NCBI GenBank assembly: GCA_964607835.1
Contig: CAZSLL010000006.1
Coordinates: forward strand, 20,003 to 69,794
Origin: an uncultured archaeon
Lineage (GTDB): Archaea; Aenigmatarchaeota; Aenigmatarchaeia; QMZP01
Direction: 5' to 3'
DNA length: 49,792 nucleotides
The position numbers and the translations under genes were made by a program. Under the pieces are notes generated by a model. The model saw only the letters and a program-made list of their open reading frames with translations. It ran no database searches and was not told the DNA's origin. Positions 1 through 8,187 of this stretch are shown one piece after another; position 1 is the first letter of the stretch, and the number at the start of each line of letters is the position of its first letter.

Positions 1-2
1 GA

Positions 3-1268
3 ATTCTCTGTGATGATTCTATTACCACCTGTTCAGATGGGGAGGTTGTGGCTTGTGATAATAATTGCAATTCAAATACAGGTCACTGTACATCATGTGT
101 TCCGAGTTGTGAACACCATGAGCCATCTGAAAATGATGATTCAGATGAAGAAGAAACTCTTTATTGTGGAGATGACGCCTGCAATAACGAAGAAGATTAT
201 AATTCTTGTCCAGAAGACTGTGCAAATCCATGCCCAAGCTCTTGTGATGATGACAATCCTTATACACTCGATTATTGCAATGAAGATACTAGTTACCAGT
301 GTGCTCATGAATTAGTGAATTGTCAAAATGGAGATGATATTTGTCCAGAAGGCTGTATAAATTCGGACGATAGTGATTGCAGCATAATCTCGATACTAAC
401 TCCAGAGTGGTCTACTACCGGATATATCACTTCTGATAATCAGTATGTTTATCTAGGAATTCATAAATCAAGTCCACCTGCTAAAATAAATATATATAAA
501 AAGTCGGATTGGTCTTTAGATAATTCAATTTCCATTAATGATGAACCCAGCAGTGCTTTAAATGATATAGAAGTAGACGATAGTCAAATTTATATTGGAA
601 CACCTTCATCGGTTCAGATATTTGATAAGTCTGGGAATTATGTAGGAAATGTCTCTTTAGAATATGAACCTATGAGTATTGCGATAGATGATGAGAATAT
701 ATATTTAGGGATGAAATCACCAAGTCATGATATACAAGTATATGATAAAAATACTCTCTCATTAATCAATTCACTGGACGGGCATGATAATCTTATATGG
801 GAATTGGAAGTTGATGGAAATTATATTTATTCTGGGTCGGAAGATAAGACCATAAAAATATGGGATAAGAGCAGTGGCACGTTAGTTAAGACTTTGTCAC
901 AAACAAATTACGTAAACAACCTAAGAATAGACGATAACTATATCTATTCTCTCGATGCAAAAACGCAAGATGATACAGATAGGATAAGAATATGGAGTAA
1001 GTCTGATTTTGAATCGGAAAGAATAATACCTCTGGGCTGGGGACGTTGGATTGGTATGCAAATCGATTCTGACTATATCTATGTCGGTTATGCTGGAAGT
1101 GATAAAAACATAATATATGTATTTAGGAAATCAGATGGTTCTCCTCATAAAGAGTCTTATGGTAATCTCATCGGGGGTGGTGCATTGCCTATTGGAATTG
1201 ACAGCCAGTTTATTTATGTAAAGGGTGATTGTCCATCAGACTATTGTATACAAATCTGGAAGATGTAG
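3..1268 (+). CDS. Secreted/surface protein: Cys/Asp-rich repeats followed by WD40-like beta-propeller (5'-truncated by window edge)
   Basis: Frame is open from position 3 (ILCDDSITTCSDGEVVACD...). CGD..C..E...CP.DC repeats and a WD40 motif (GHDNLIWELEVDGNYIYSGSEDKTIKIWD). AT-rich. Confidence 0.75.
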   Translation: MLCDDSITTCSDGEVVACDNNCNSNTGHCTSCVPSCEHHEPSENDDSDEEETLYCGDDACNNEEDYNSCPEDCANPCPSSCDDDNPYTLDYCNEDTSYQCAHELVNCQNGDDICPEGCINSDDSDCSIISILTPEWSTTGYITSDNQYVYLGIHKSSPPAKINIYKKSDWSLDNSISINDEPSSALNDIEVDDSQIYIGTPSSVQIFDKSGNYVGNVSLEYEPMSIAIDDENIYLGMKSPSHDIQVYDKNTLSLINSLDGHDNLIWELEVDGNYIYSGSEDKTIKIWDKSSGTLVKTLSQTNYVNNLRIDDNYIYSLDAKTQDDTDRIRIWSKSDFESERIIPLGWGRWIGMQIDSDYIYVGYAGSDKNIIYVFRKSDGSPHKESYGNLIGGGALPIGIDSQFIYVKGDCPSDYCIQIWKM

Positions 1269-1302
1269 ATAACCATTTAAGACGTTTTTCAAACAGACCT
1301 AT

Positions 1303-2079
1303 ATGGACAGTAGATTTCCAATTCTTTTATGTATCATAGCAGTTGTGCTTACTTCGGGATGCAATGGACCGGAAAATCCAAACAATGAATCCCAAGGAAC
1401 AGTTGAATTGGCAGAGCAAGTCATGAAAAAAGACTTACCGCTTAGTGTAGCTGGACTTCCGGAAATGGATTTGTCTACCGTTGAAGGTTTTGAGAAATTC
1501 CAGAAATTCGCTGACACCTCAAACGCCCTCATAGACGTTTTAAACGAGCACAATGAGTTGTTTGACATACCTCGGGTTCAGAAGAGACATGAAGCATATA
1601 GCAAAGCCTCAACCACAATCACAGAATATGGTCCACTTGTTGGAAGTTATAATAGAGTAATACATACAGCAAGGATATATGAAGAGTCTCAAACAGATGA
1701 TAACCTAATAGATTTCTATAAAACATCAGGAGGATTTGCCCTAGAAATTGGTGTTATTACATGGGCAGTATTCTATAGGGCTTCATATTACAGTGTGGGT
1801 TTTGTTTACAGAGCAGTAGGCCTGAATAAATTGGCATTCAAGCACCCAAAGCTTGTATCACACATACTTTCAAATGCACATTGGACAGTAAGGAATACGA
1901 TGGTAACGGCAAGTTCACAGTTAGCACGGCAGGCATCATTGGGGATGATTGAGGGGCTACAACACCTATCCAAAATACCTGGTGCGTTAGAATCATCATA
2001 TGATAATGCTAAATCATTTTCAGATTCCGTTATGATTCATCTCACATCCCAGAACTCGACCACAAATAATATTGTATGA
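1303..2079 (+). CDS. Putative lipoprotein, unknown function
   Basis: Hydrophobic N-terminus ending in lipobox-like LTSGC. 258 aa ORF in the AT-rich island. Confidence 0.6.
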   Translation: MDSRFPILLCIIAVVLTSGCNGPENPNNESQGTVELAEQVMKKDLPLSVAGLPEMDLSTVEGFEKFQKFADTSNALIDVLNEHNELFDIPRVQKRHEAYSKASTTITEYGPLVGSYNRVIHTARIYEESQTDDNLIDFYKTSGGFALEIGVITWAVFYRASYYSVGFVYRAVGLNKLAFKHPKLVSHILSNAHWTVRNTMVTASSQLARQASLGMIEGLQHLSKIPGALESSYDNAKSFSDSVMIHLTSQNSTTNNIV

Positions 2080-2093
2080 TAAGCGTTTTGGTT

Positions 2094-2282
2094 TCAACGA
2101 CCCTTTATCCACATGTATGCCCCGATAATTGCTAAACTTAGTGGAATATACCTAAGACTTAGTTGTGCAGCAATGCATTCAAAGAAACCAAGCGTACATA
2201 ATGCTTCTATAAATGCATCTGTTATAACTGGCATTATGAACAGAACCACTAGCCCTTTCTTAATTACTTCTCCCAAATCCAT
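2094..2282 (-). CDS. Small membrane protein (2 TM)
   Basis: 62 aa hydrophobic ORF with GGTGA RBS-like sequence upstream, co-oriented with 2294-2662. Confidence 0.5.
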   Translation of the reverse strand: MDLGEVIKKGLVVLFIMPVITDAFIEALCTLGFFECIAAQLSLRYIPLSLAIIGAYMWIKGR

Positions 2283-2293
2283 TACATCACCGA

Positions 2294-2662
2294 TTAATAT
2301 TTATATTTGAAATGCTTGTTGAACAAGTCTATCAAATAGTCTTCCTTGATTACTTTCTTCCATGCTTTTGCCCTATCCCTTTTCGATGGTTCTGAAGGAT
2401 GATGCTTCTCATTTCCGAGCTCTTTTGCAGTTCTTATCTGGCCCTTGCCCCAACAAATAATGGTTTCTTCTTTGGGCAGCCTAAGTTTCTTTAGGCAAGG
2501 AGTGCATACATAATGACCTCCTGGAATTCTTTTTGGAACAGTGCGGTGACAAATCTCGCAAACATGGATATAGTGAATACCATTGCCAGACTGTATATAG
2601 AATCTCTTTTGCCAACCTTCTTCAATTTTTTCAATTTCTTCTTTCTTGTGCAAATCAGACAT
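2294..2662 (-). CDS. Hypothetical basic protein with CxxC...CxxC zinc ribbon
   Basis: CEIC...CTPC motif pair, Lys-rich. Confidence 0.55.
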   Translation of the reverse strand: MSDLHKKEEIEKIEEGWQKRFYIQSGNGIHYIHVCEICHRTVPKRIPGGHYVCTPCLKKLRLPKEETIICWGKGQIRTAKELGNEKHHPSEPSKRDRAKAWKKVIKEDYLIDLFNKHFKYKY

Positions 2663-2728
2663 GTTTATCTTATAAACATAACAATTAAATATCGAATACT
2701 GTTGGCATTCTAAATAATGAGTTATTGG

Positions 2729-3793
2729 CTACGCCTCCACCATGAGCGTCTGGAACTTGCTGGAGACAATGTACCTGTATGTCTTGCCCACCTTCTTCCT
2801 TTCCACCAGGCCCTCGGTCATGAGCCTCCTGAGGAGGTTGTTCACTGCCCTGACCGCATTGTCCCTGTTCTTGTAGGCCTCGTCATCCATGGCGCTGATT
2901 ATGCCTGAGGGGGTCATTTCCCCTCCCTTTGAAAGCGTGTCCAGTATCATTCTCTGCCTCTCGGGCAGCACGTCCAGGGCCTCTATGGAAAGCCTCTCCT
3001 CTGGCTGCCTGCTCTCGCTAATGAAATCAGAGTCTATGGTTGATATGTTCTTGTCAACTGCCTCCTGTATGAGCTCAGAGCACAGCCTGAGAACCTCCCT
3101 GGGGAAGCCTCCTGTCCTCTGAAAAACATAATCAACAGTCCCGCTGGTGAATGGCTTTATGTCGTCTCCCCCTATCCTGGATATCCTCCTTTTTATGAGC
3201 TCCCTTGTCTCAGACTTGGTTAGCGTGGTGAGCTCCACCTTGGTGCCTACCCTCCTAAGAAGGCTCTCCAGGCTGGCCTTCATGGTGCTCTCGAAGACAG
3301 GCAGTGCAGCCATTACAATTGTGAGGTTCTCGATATGGTCGGTGAGTGCCCTCAGCCATTCCATGCTCTCGGGGCTGGACTCCTGGCACTCGTCAATGAA
3401 CATGAGAACCTTCCTGTTGCTTAGCTTTTCATTAAGCACCTGACTCAGGTTGTATATGTTCAGTCCGTTGCCCCTGCTGAGAATGGACGCCAGGAAGCCC
3501 TTCCTGGTGAAATCATGAAAAACCTGCAGCCAGTCCTCATGATTCCTGGGCGGCTTTGGAAGGTAGAGTATGTGGTCATACTCTTTGTTCAGCTTCTTCA
3601 TGAGCGACTTCACAAGCGTGGTCTTGCCTGAACCCGTGGGCCCGAGGATGAGCGAGAACTTGTTGCCGCTCTGGAGTCCGTCCATGAGGGAGCTTGTTTC
3701 CCTGTCATAGCCCACGAAAATGTCAGGAAGAATCTGGAAAGTGAAGGGGTTCGCATCCCAGTCAAACAGGGTATTTATCTTTTCCGAGTACAT
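2729..3793 (-). CDS. AAA+ ATPase (ExeA/GspA-like) with C-terminal winged-helix domain
   Basis: NPF N-terminal motif, Walker A GPTGSGKT, Walker B MFIDE, TGGFPR sensor, C-terminal wHTH (LRRLMTEGLVERKKVGKTYRY). ATG start at 3793 preferred. Confidence 0.8.
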   Translation of the reverse strand: MYSEKINTLFDWDANPFTFQILPDIFVGYDRETSSLMDGLQSGNKFSLILGPTGSGKTTLVKSLMKKLNKEYDHILYLPKPPRNHEDWLQVFHDFTRKGFLASILSRGNGLNIYNLSQVLNEKLSNRKVLMFIDECQESSPESMEWLRALTDHIENLTIVMAALPVFESTMKASLESLLRRVGTKVELTTLTKSETRELIKRRISRIGGDDIKPFTSGTVDYVFQRTGGFPREVLRLCSELIQEAVDKNISTIDSDFISESRQPEERLSIEALDVLPERQRMILDTLSKGGEMTPSGIISAMDDEAYKNRDNAVRAVNNLLRRLMTEGLVERKKVGKTYRYIVSSKFQTLMVEA

Positions 3794-3970
3794 TATAATC
3801 ACACAAGTTCACGTGAAGTTATGAAGTTCCTGAATAGTAAAATTAATGATTAGGGATTTATAAGAATTATGGTAACCAAACTTCACATGTTCCTTCATAT
3901 CAGCACGTGAAGGTTACGTGCGTAGCCCGGGGCGTAAAATTTATATAAGCCCTGAGAACAATCCAAAGAC

Positions 3971-4525
3971 ATGCGCCTGTTCATAGCAGCAGACACCTCC
4001 CAGCCTGTCAGGGAGGAATGCATAAGGCTCGTGAATTCCCTGAATGAGACCGGTGCAGACCTCAGGCCCGTGGCTCCTGAGAACCTTCACGTAACTCTCA
4101 AGTTCCTCGGTGAAATACGTGAAGATTGCGTGAAGAATGTGGAGCGTGCTGTTTTAGAATCTGCATGCCACACCATGCCTTTCACTGTAAGGTTCTCTGT
4201 CATGGGATACTTTGGAGGGACACGGTTTCCAAGAACAATATGGCTGGGGCCTTCCCTTGGGAGGGACAGCCTTATAGGGCTGTCAGAGAGCCTTAACGAG
4301 AAGCTCTCATGGGCGAGGAATGAGGGCAGGAAGCCAAAGCCGCACCTGACCCTGGCCCGGGTCAGGACTCCTGTGAATGCGGAAAGACTGGTGGAAGCCA
4401 TCCGTTCCATGAGGGATGTGAAGATAGATGAACTTGATGTGAAGGAGATCATGCTCATGAAAAGCGTCCTGAGGCCTGATGGGCCGGAGTACACGGTTGT
4501 GAGCAGGTTTCCGCTGGGTTCATGA
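3971..4525 (+). CDS. thpR: RNA 2',3'-cyclic phosphodiesterase (2H family, 2'-5' RNA ligase-like)
   Basis: MRLFIA start and two HxT motifs (LHVTLKFLGE, PHLTLAR). Confidence 0.92.
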   Translation: MRLFIAADTSQPVREECIRLVNSLNETGADLRPVAPENLHVTLKFLGEIREDCVKNVERAVLESACHTMPFTVRFSVMGYFGGTRFPRTIWLGPSLGRDSLIGLSESLNEKLSWARNEGRKPKPHLTLARVRTPVNAERLVEAIRSMRDVKIDELDVKEIMLMKSVLRPDGPEYTVVSRFPLGS

Positions 4526-4902
4526 TACAGGGTGCTTGTGTGAAGGAAAGGAGCATTATTCTTGCATGCATAATCGGGTCCCTTGCGGGCACGGCCTCCC
4601 TATACCTTGTATCATTCATGCTTGAGGAGACCGAGATGGGGGCAGGCGAGATAGGAACAGAGCATGTGGGAATGAGGGTGGCGCTGAACGGGTCCATCGG
4701 GAACGTTGACTTTCACAATAATGGCCACATCTTCTTCACGTTAATGGATGACACTGGCTCTGTTGATGTGGTGATATGGGAGAGCAGGGCAGAGCAGCTC
4801 GAGCTCTCGGGTGTCAACCTTTCAGGGATAAGTGAAGGAATGCAGGCAGGTGTCAGGGGGGATGTAGAGTACTACCGCGGGAATGTTCAGGTGGTGCTTT
4901 AG
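4522..4902 (+). CDS. Membrane-anchored OB-fold nucleic-acid-binding protein
   Basis: N-terminal TM helix, then OB-fold pattern GHIFFTLMDDTGSVDVVIW...GDVEYYRG. Confidence 0.75.
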   Translation: MIQGACVKERSIILACIIGSLAGTASLYLVSFMLEETEMGAGEIGTEHVGMRVALNGSIGNVDFHNNGHIFFTLMDDTGSVDVVIWESRAEQLELSGVNLSGISEGMQAGVRGDVEYYRGNVQVVL

Positions 4903-4905
4903 AAT

Positions 4906-5940
4906 CTAGAAATACTTTGAAGAGCTTTTGAGGGCCTGCACAGTTAGGCTCACCGCGTCCTTGAGGTCTTTCATGTCAGCAACCTCGCATGTGCTGTGTA
5001 TGTGCCTTGTTGGAACAGAAATGCCGCCTGCAGGTATGCCTTCTCTTATCATGGGAACCACAGAGCTGTCCATAGCCCCCCCTGAGATGACCTCGTACTG
5101 TATCTTAACCTTTGCGGCATTTGCGGATGAATCCAGCCATTTCCTGACGGAAGGGTTGATGAAGCTTATGGCATCCTTCAGCGCCACCGCAGGACCCTTT
5201 CCTATTTGCAGAGAGGCCTCAGAAGGCTTTACCCCCGGGACGTCCCCTCCTATTGCAGTGTCTAAAGCTATGACAGCATCAGGATTTATTCCAAAAGCTG
5301 CTCCCCTCACGCCCACGAGCCCGACCTCTTCCTGGATGGTGCCCACTGCGTAGACCGTGCCCTTGAAGCCCTTGAGCTGCTTCATGGCCTCGACCATGAC
5401 AGCGCATCCAATCCTGTTGTCAAGGCCTGGCCCGGTTATCCTTGTTCCCAGCATCTTGTCTAATGCTGCTACCCTGGTTATGAAGTCGCCGACCCTGACT
5501 CCTGCCTTCTCTGCGTCCTTTTTGTCTTTGGCGCCTATGTCAATGAACATGTCCTTTTTCTTTACAGGGGTCTTCATCTCCTCCTGGTCCATTATGTGAG
5601 GCGGCCTGGAACCTATCACGCCTATTACATGCCCCTTTGAACCGTGAATCTTGACCTTGGTAAGTGGAATGTACCTGGTGTCCCATCCTCCCACGGTCTC
5701 AAAGTAGAGAAATCCCTTGTCATCAACGTGCTTGACCATTAATCCGAGCTCGTCCATATGGGCAGCAAGCATTATCCTGGGCGAGCCCTTTCCCTTCCTG
5801 GCTATGAGGTTTCCGATTTTGTCGACCCTTATCTCATCAACGTGGGGCCTGAGCTCCTTCTTCATGGTTTCCCTGATGGTGTTTTCGAATCCAGAAATAG
5901 ACTCAGCGTCAACCATCTTCCTGAGCGTGTTCTCAATCAC
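4906..5940 (-). CDS. M42 family (TET-type) aminopeptidase
   Basis: Metal-ligand motifs AAHMDE, LDNR, QEEVGL and RHIHS. Confidence 0.93.
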   Translation of the reverse strand: MIENTLRKMVDAESISGFENTIRETMKKELRPHVDEIRVDKIGNLIARKGKGSPRIMLAAHMDELGLMVKHVDDKGFLYFETVGGWDTRYIPLTKVKIHGSKGHVIGVIGSRPPHIMDQEEMKTPVKKKDMFIDIGAKDKKDAEKAGVRVGDFITRVAALDKMLGTRITGPGLDNRIGCAVMVEAMKQLKGFKGTVYAVGTIQEEVGLVGVRGAAFGINPDAVIALDTAIGGDVPGVKPSEASLQIGKGPAVALKDAISFINPSVRKWLDSSANAAKVKIQYEVISGGAMDSSVVPMIREGIPAGGISVPTRHIHSTCEVADMKDLKDAVSLTVQALKSSSKYF

Positions 5941-6002
5941 TTTACCACTGCTAATACTTTGTGCGCATGGTTTATATTTATTTCATGGGGGGAATTTTTA
6001 TC

Positions 6003-6830
6003 ATGGCCTCAAAAGGCATGCCGCACAGCTACGAGATTATAGGGGACATTGCAATATTCGAGCTGCCTGATGGCTCTGGACCCAAGCCAATGGACATTGC
6101 CAGGTCCATAAGGAGGGAGCACCCCAGGGTCAGGACCGTGCTCCAGAGGCTTGGCGAGCGCGAGGGAGAGCTCAGGCTCAGGAGGCACAGGACCCTTATA
6201 GGGAAGGATACCGAGACTGTTTACAGGGAGCACGGGTGCAGGTTTCTTCTGGACCCCACAAAGGTCTATTTTTCTCCAAGGGAGGCAACTGAGAGGGAAA
6301 GGGTGGCGGCCATGGTGAAAGCCGGCGAGACCGTGCTGGTCATGTTCGCGGGAATCGGGCCCTTCGGCATAGTGATAGCCGCGAAGAGCCGGGAAGTTGA
6401 AAGGGTGTACCAGGTCGAGGTGAACCCTGAAGGTTACGAGTACATGAAGAGGAGCATTGCCATGAACAAGCTGGGCCATAAGGTCGTTCCAATTCTCGGG
6501 GACGCCGGCAAGGCGTGCGCAGAGCTCAGCGGCAGGTGTGACAGGGTGCTCATGCCGCTTCCCAGGGACTCCCACAAATACCTTAGGTCCGCCATCAGGG
6601 CACTCAAGAAGAAGGGCACAATACACTTCTATGCAGTGGGAAGGCAGGAAAAGGGCGCTTCAGGAAGAAAGGCAGATGAGCAGGTCTACGGGCCCTCAAC
6701 AGAAAGACTGAAAAAAGCAGCCAAGGACTCTGGCGCCCGTGTGAAGGTCATGGCCAGGAGGAAAGTGCTCCCCTTCTCCCCCGGCGCCTGGAAGATATGC
6801 ATCGACGCAGAGATAAGGAAGGCGATATGA
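6003..6830 (+). CDS. Trm5/Taw2-family (Met-10+-like) SAM-dependent tRNA-modifying enzyme
   Basis: IIGDIAI, VYFSPR...ER, MFAGIGPF and DRVLMPLP motifs. ATG at 6003 preferred. Confidence 0.88.
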   Translation: MASKGMPHSYEIIGDIAIFELPDGSGPKPMDIARSIRREHPRVRTVLQRLGEREGELRLRRHRTLIGKDTETVYREHGCRFLLDPTKVYFSPREATERERVAAMVKAGETVLVMFAGIGPFGIVIAAKSREVERVYQVEVNPEGYEYMKRSIAMNKLGHKVVPILGDAGKACAELSGRCDRVLMPLPRDSHKYLRSAIRALKKKGTIHFYAVGRQEKGASGRKADEQVYGPSTERLKKAAKDSGARVKVMARRKVLPFSPGAWKICIDAEIRKAI

Positions 6831-7271
6831 TTGCGCTTATGGAGCATTAACCCGAAGTACCTGGACAGGCAGGGCCTGCTGGCCCTGTGGAGGGAGGGCC
6901 TCCTGGCCCAGAAGGTGCTCAAAGGAGAGACACTTGGGTACAGGAGCCATCCCCAGCTCGAGCGCTTCAGGTCGCACGCAGACCCTGTGGCCTACCTGTC
7001 GGGCTTCCTGCACTTCGTGCATGATGAGGCCTGCAGGAGGGGATACTGCTTTGACGAGGGAAAGCTTGCTCCCCCTGTGTTCGAGCAGAGGGTGCCTGTT
7101 GCAAGGGGCCAGCTAAATTACGAGTTCTCCCACCTGATGCGAAAGCTCAGGAAGAGGGACCGGAACCATTTTCTGAGGCTTTCGAGAATCAGGGAGCCTG
7201 AACCAAACCCCGCATTCATTGCTGTTGAAGGTGATATTGCGAAATGGGAGAGGCCCTATTTAAGCCCTTAA
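6831..7271 (+). CDS. Pyrimidine-dimer DNA glycosylase / T4 endonuclease V-like protein
   Basis: Family-typical start MRLWSINPKYLDRQGLLALWREGLLAQKVL...GYRSHPQL. TTG start immediately after the upstream stop. Confidence 0.85.
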   Translation: MRLWSINPKYLDRQGLLALWREGLLAQKVLKGETLGYRSHPQLERFRSHADPVAYLSGFLHFVHDEACRRGYCFDEGKLAPPVFEQRVPVARGQLNYEFSHLMRKLRKRDRNHFLRLSRIREPEPNPAFIAVEGDIAKWERPYLSP

Positions 7272-7285
7272 AGCATTGTCCCTCC

Positions 7286-7522
7286 ATGAAGAAGCTCATG
7301 AGCGAGATAAGGAAGCAGACCCTGACACTGCTGGTCGCTGCCATGGGATTTGTGGCCGCCCTCATATGGAGGGATGCCATATCAGTCTGGCTCGCCCCAC
7401 TCTACGCTGACTCATCAGGGGCAACAGGGCTGACCATAGCTGCCCTGATAGTGACAGTGGTGGTGGTCATCATCACGGTGGTGCTTACCAAGCTCCTTGG
7501 CTCAGATGAAGATAAGGCCTAG
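7286..7522 (+). CDS. Small membrane protein (DUF5654-like)
   Basis: [15 protein letters not shown] motif and a second TM segment. Confidence 0.7.
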   Translation: MKKLMSEIRKQTLTLLVAAMGFVAALIWRDAISVWLAPLYADSSGATGLTIAALIVTVVVVIITVVLTKLLGSDEDKA

Positions 7523-7896
7523 CCCGTTGACCAGAGACCGTGCACGTTGCAGTACTCCCTGGCGACTGCGTTACCTGGCTCTATGCAGAACTCTGCCTCT
7601 GGCTTGTCTCCTGCGCTCAGGAACTTCCTGTGCACCCTTCCGTCAGCCACGAGCTCTATGAACTCGATGTGGTGCTCCTCCTCCATGGGGTGGGGCACAG
7701 AGCCTATCTTCACCCTGACTCCTTTGCTGGTCCTCTCGATGACAGGCACGTGCTTCTCATGGCCTTCGTCCCTGGTCTTTGGCTCGAGGAGCTGCATGGG
7801 TTCTCCGCAGCATACCAGCTCTCCCTGTCCTGCGTGCATGACCTCCACTATGTTGCCGCAAACATTGCACTTGTATACCTGGTTGAGTTCAGTCAT
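7519..7896 (-). CDS. dfx: Desulfoferrodoxin (class I superoxide reductase)
   Basis: YKCNVCGN...[20 protein letters not shown] and CNVHGLW motifs. ATG at 7896. Confidence 0.95.
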   Translation of the reverse strand: MTELNQVYKCNVCGNIVEVMHAGQGELVCCGEPMQLLEPKTRDEGHEKHVPVIERTSKGVRVKIGSVPHPMEEEHHIEFIELVADGRVHRKFLSAGDKPEAEFCIEPGNAVAREYCNVHGLWSTG

Positions 7897-7947
7897 AACA
7901 GGATTATGAATAAATAGCTTAAAAATCAGTGAGAGCAAAATAATGTC

Positions 7948-8154
7948 ATGAGAAAGATCTGCCTCATAATCCCGCTTCTTCTTTCAGCTGTTCCTGCAGC
8001 AGCCCAGGATGGCCAGGACGTGAGCTATTCGTGGCTCATACTGGTGGGTCTCCTGGTTTCCATAATCCTTCTTGGTCTGATTGTCCAGCTGAGGAAGCCA
8101 GGGCCCAGGGAATCCAGAGAGCAAGTGCAAGAGGACACGAAAGAAGAGCTGTGA
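7948..8154 (+). CDS. Small secreted/membrane protein
   Basis: Signal peptide plus one TM segment and a charged tail. Confidence 0.55.
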   Translation: MRKICLIIPLLLSAVPAAAQDGQDVSYSWLILVGLLVSIILLGLIVQLRKPGPRESREQVQEDTKEEL

Positions 8155-8187
8155 ACGGTTTTATTGCAGCTGTTGTAACTATATAGC

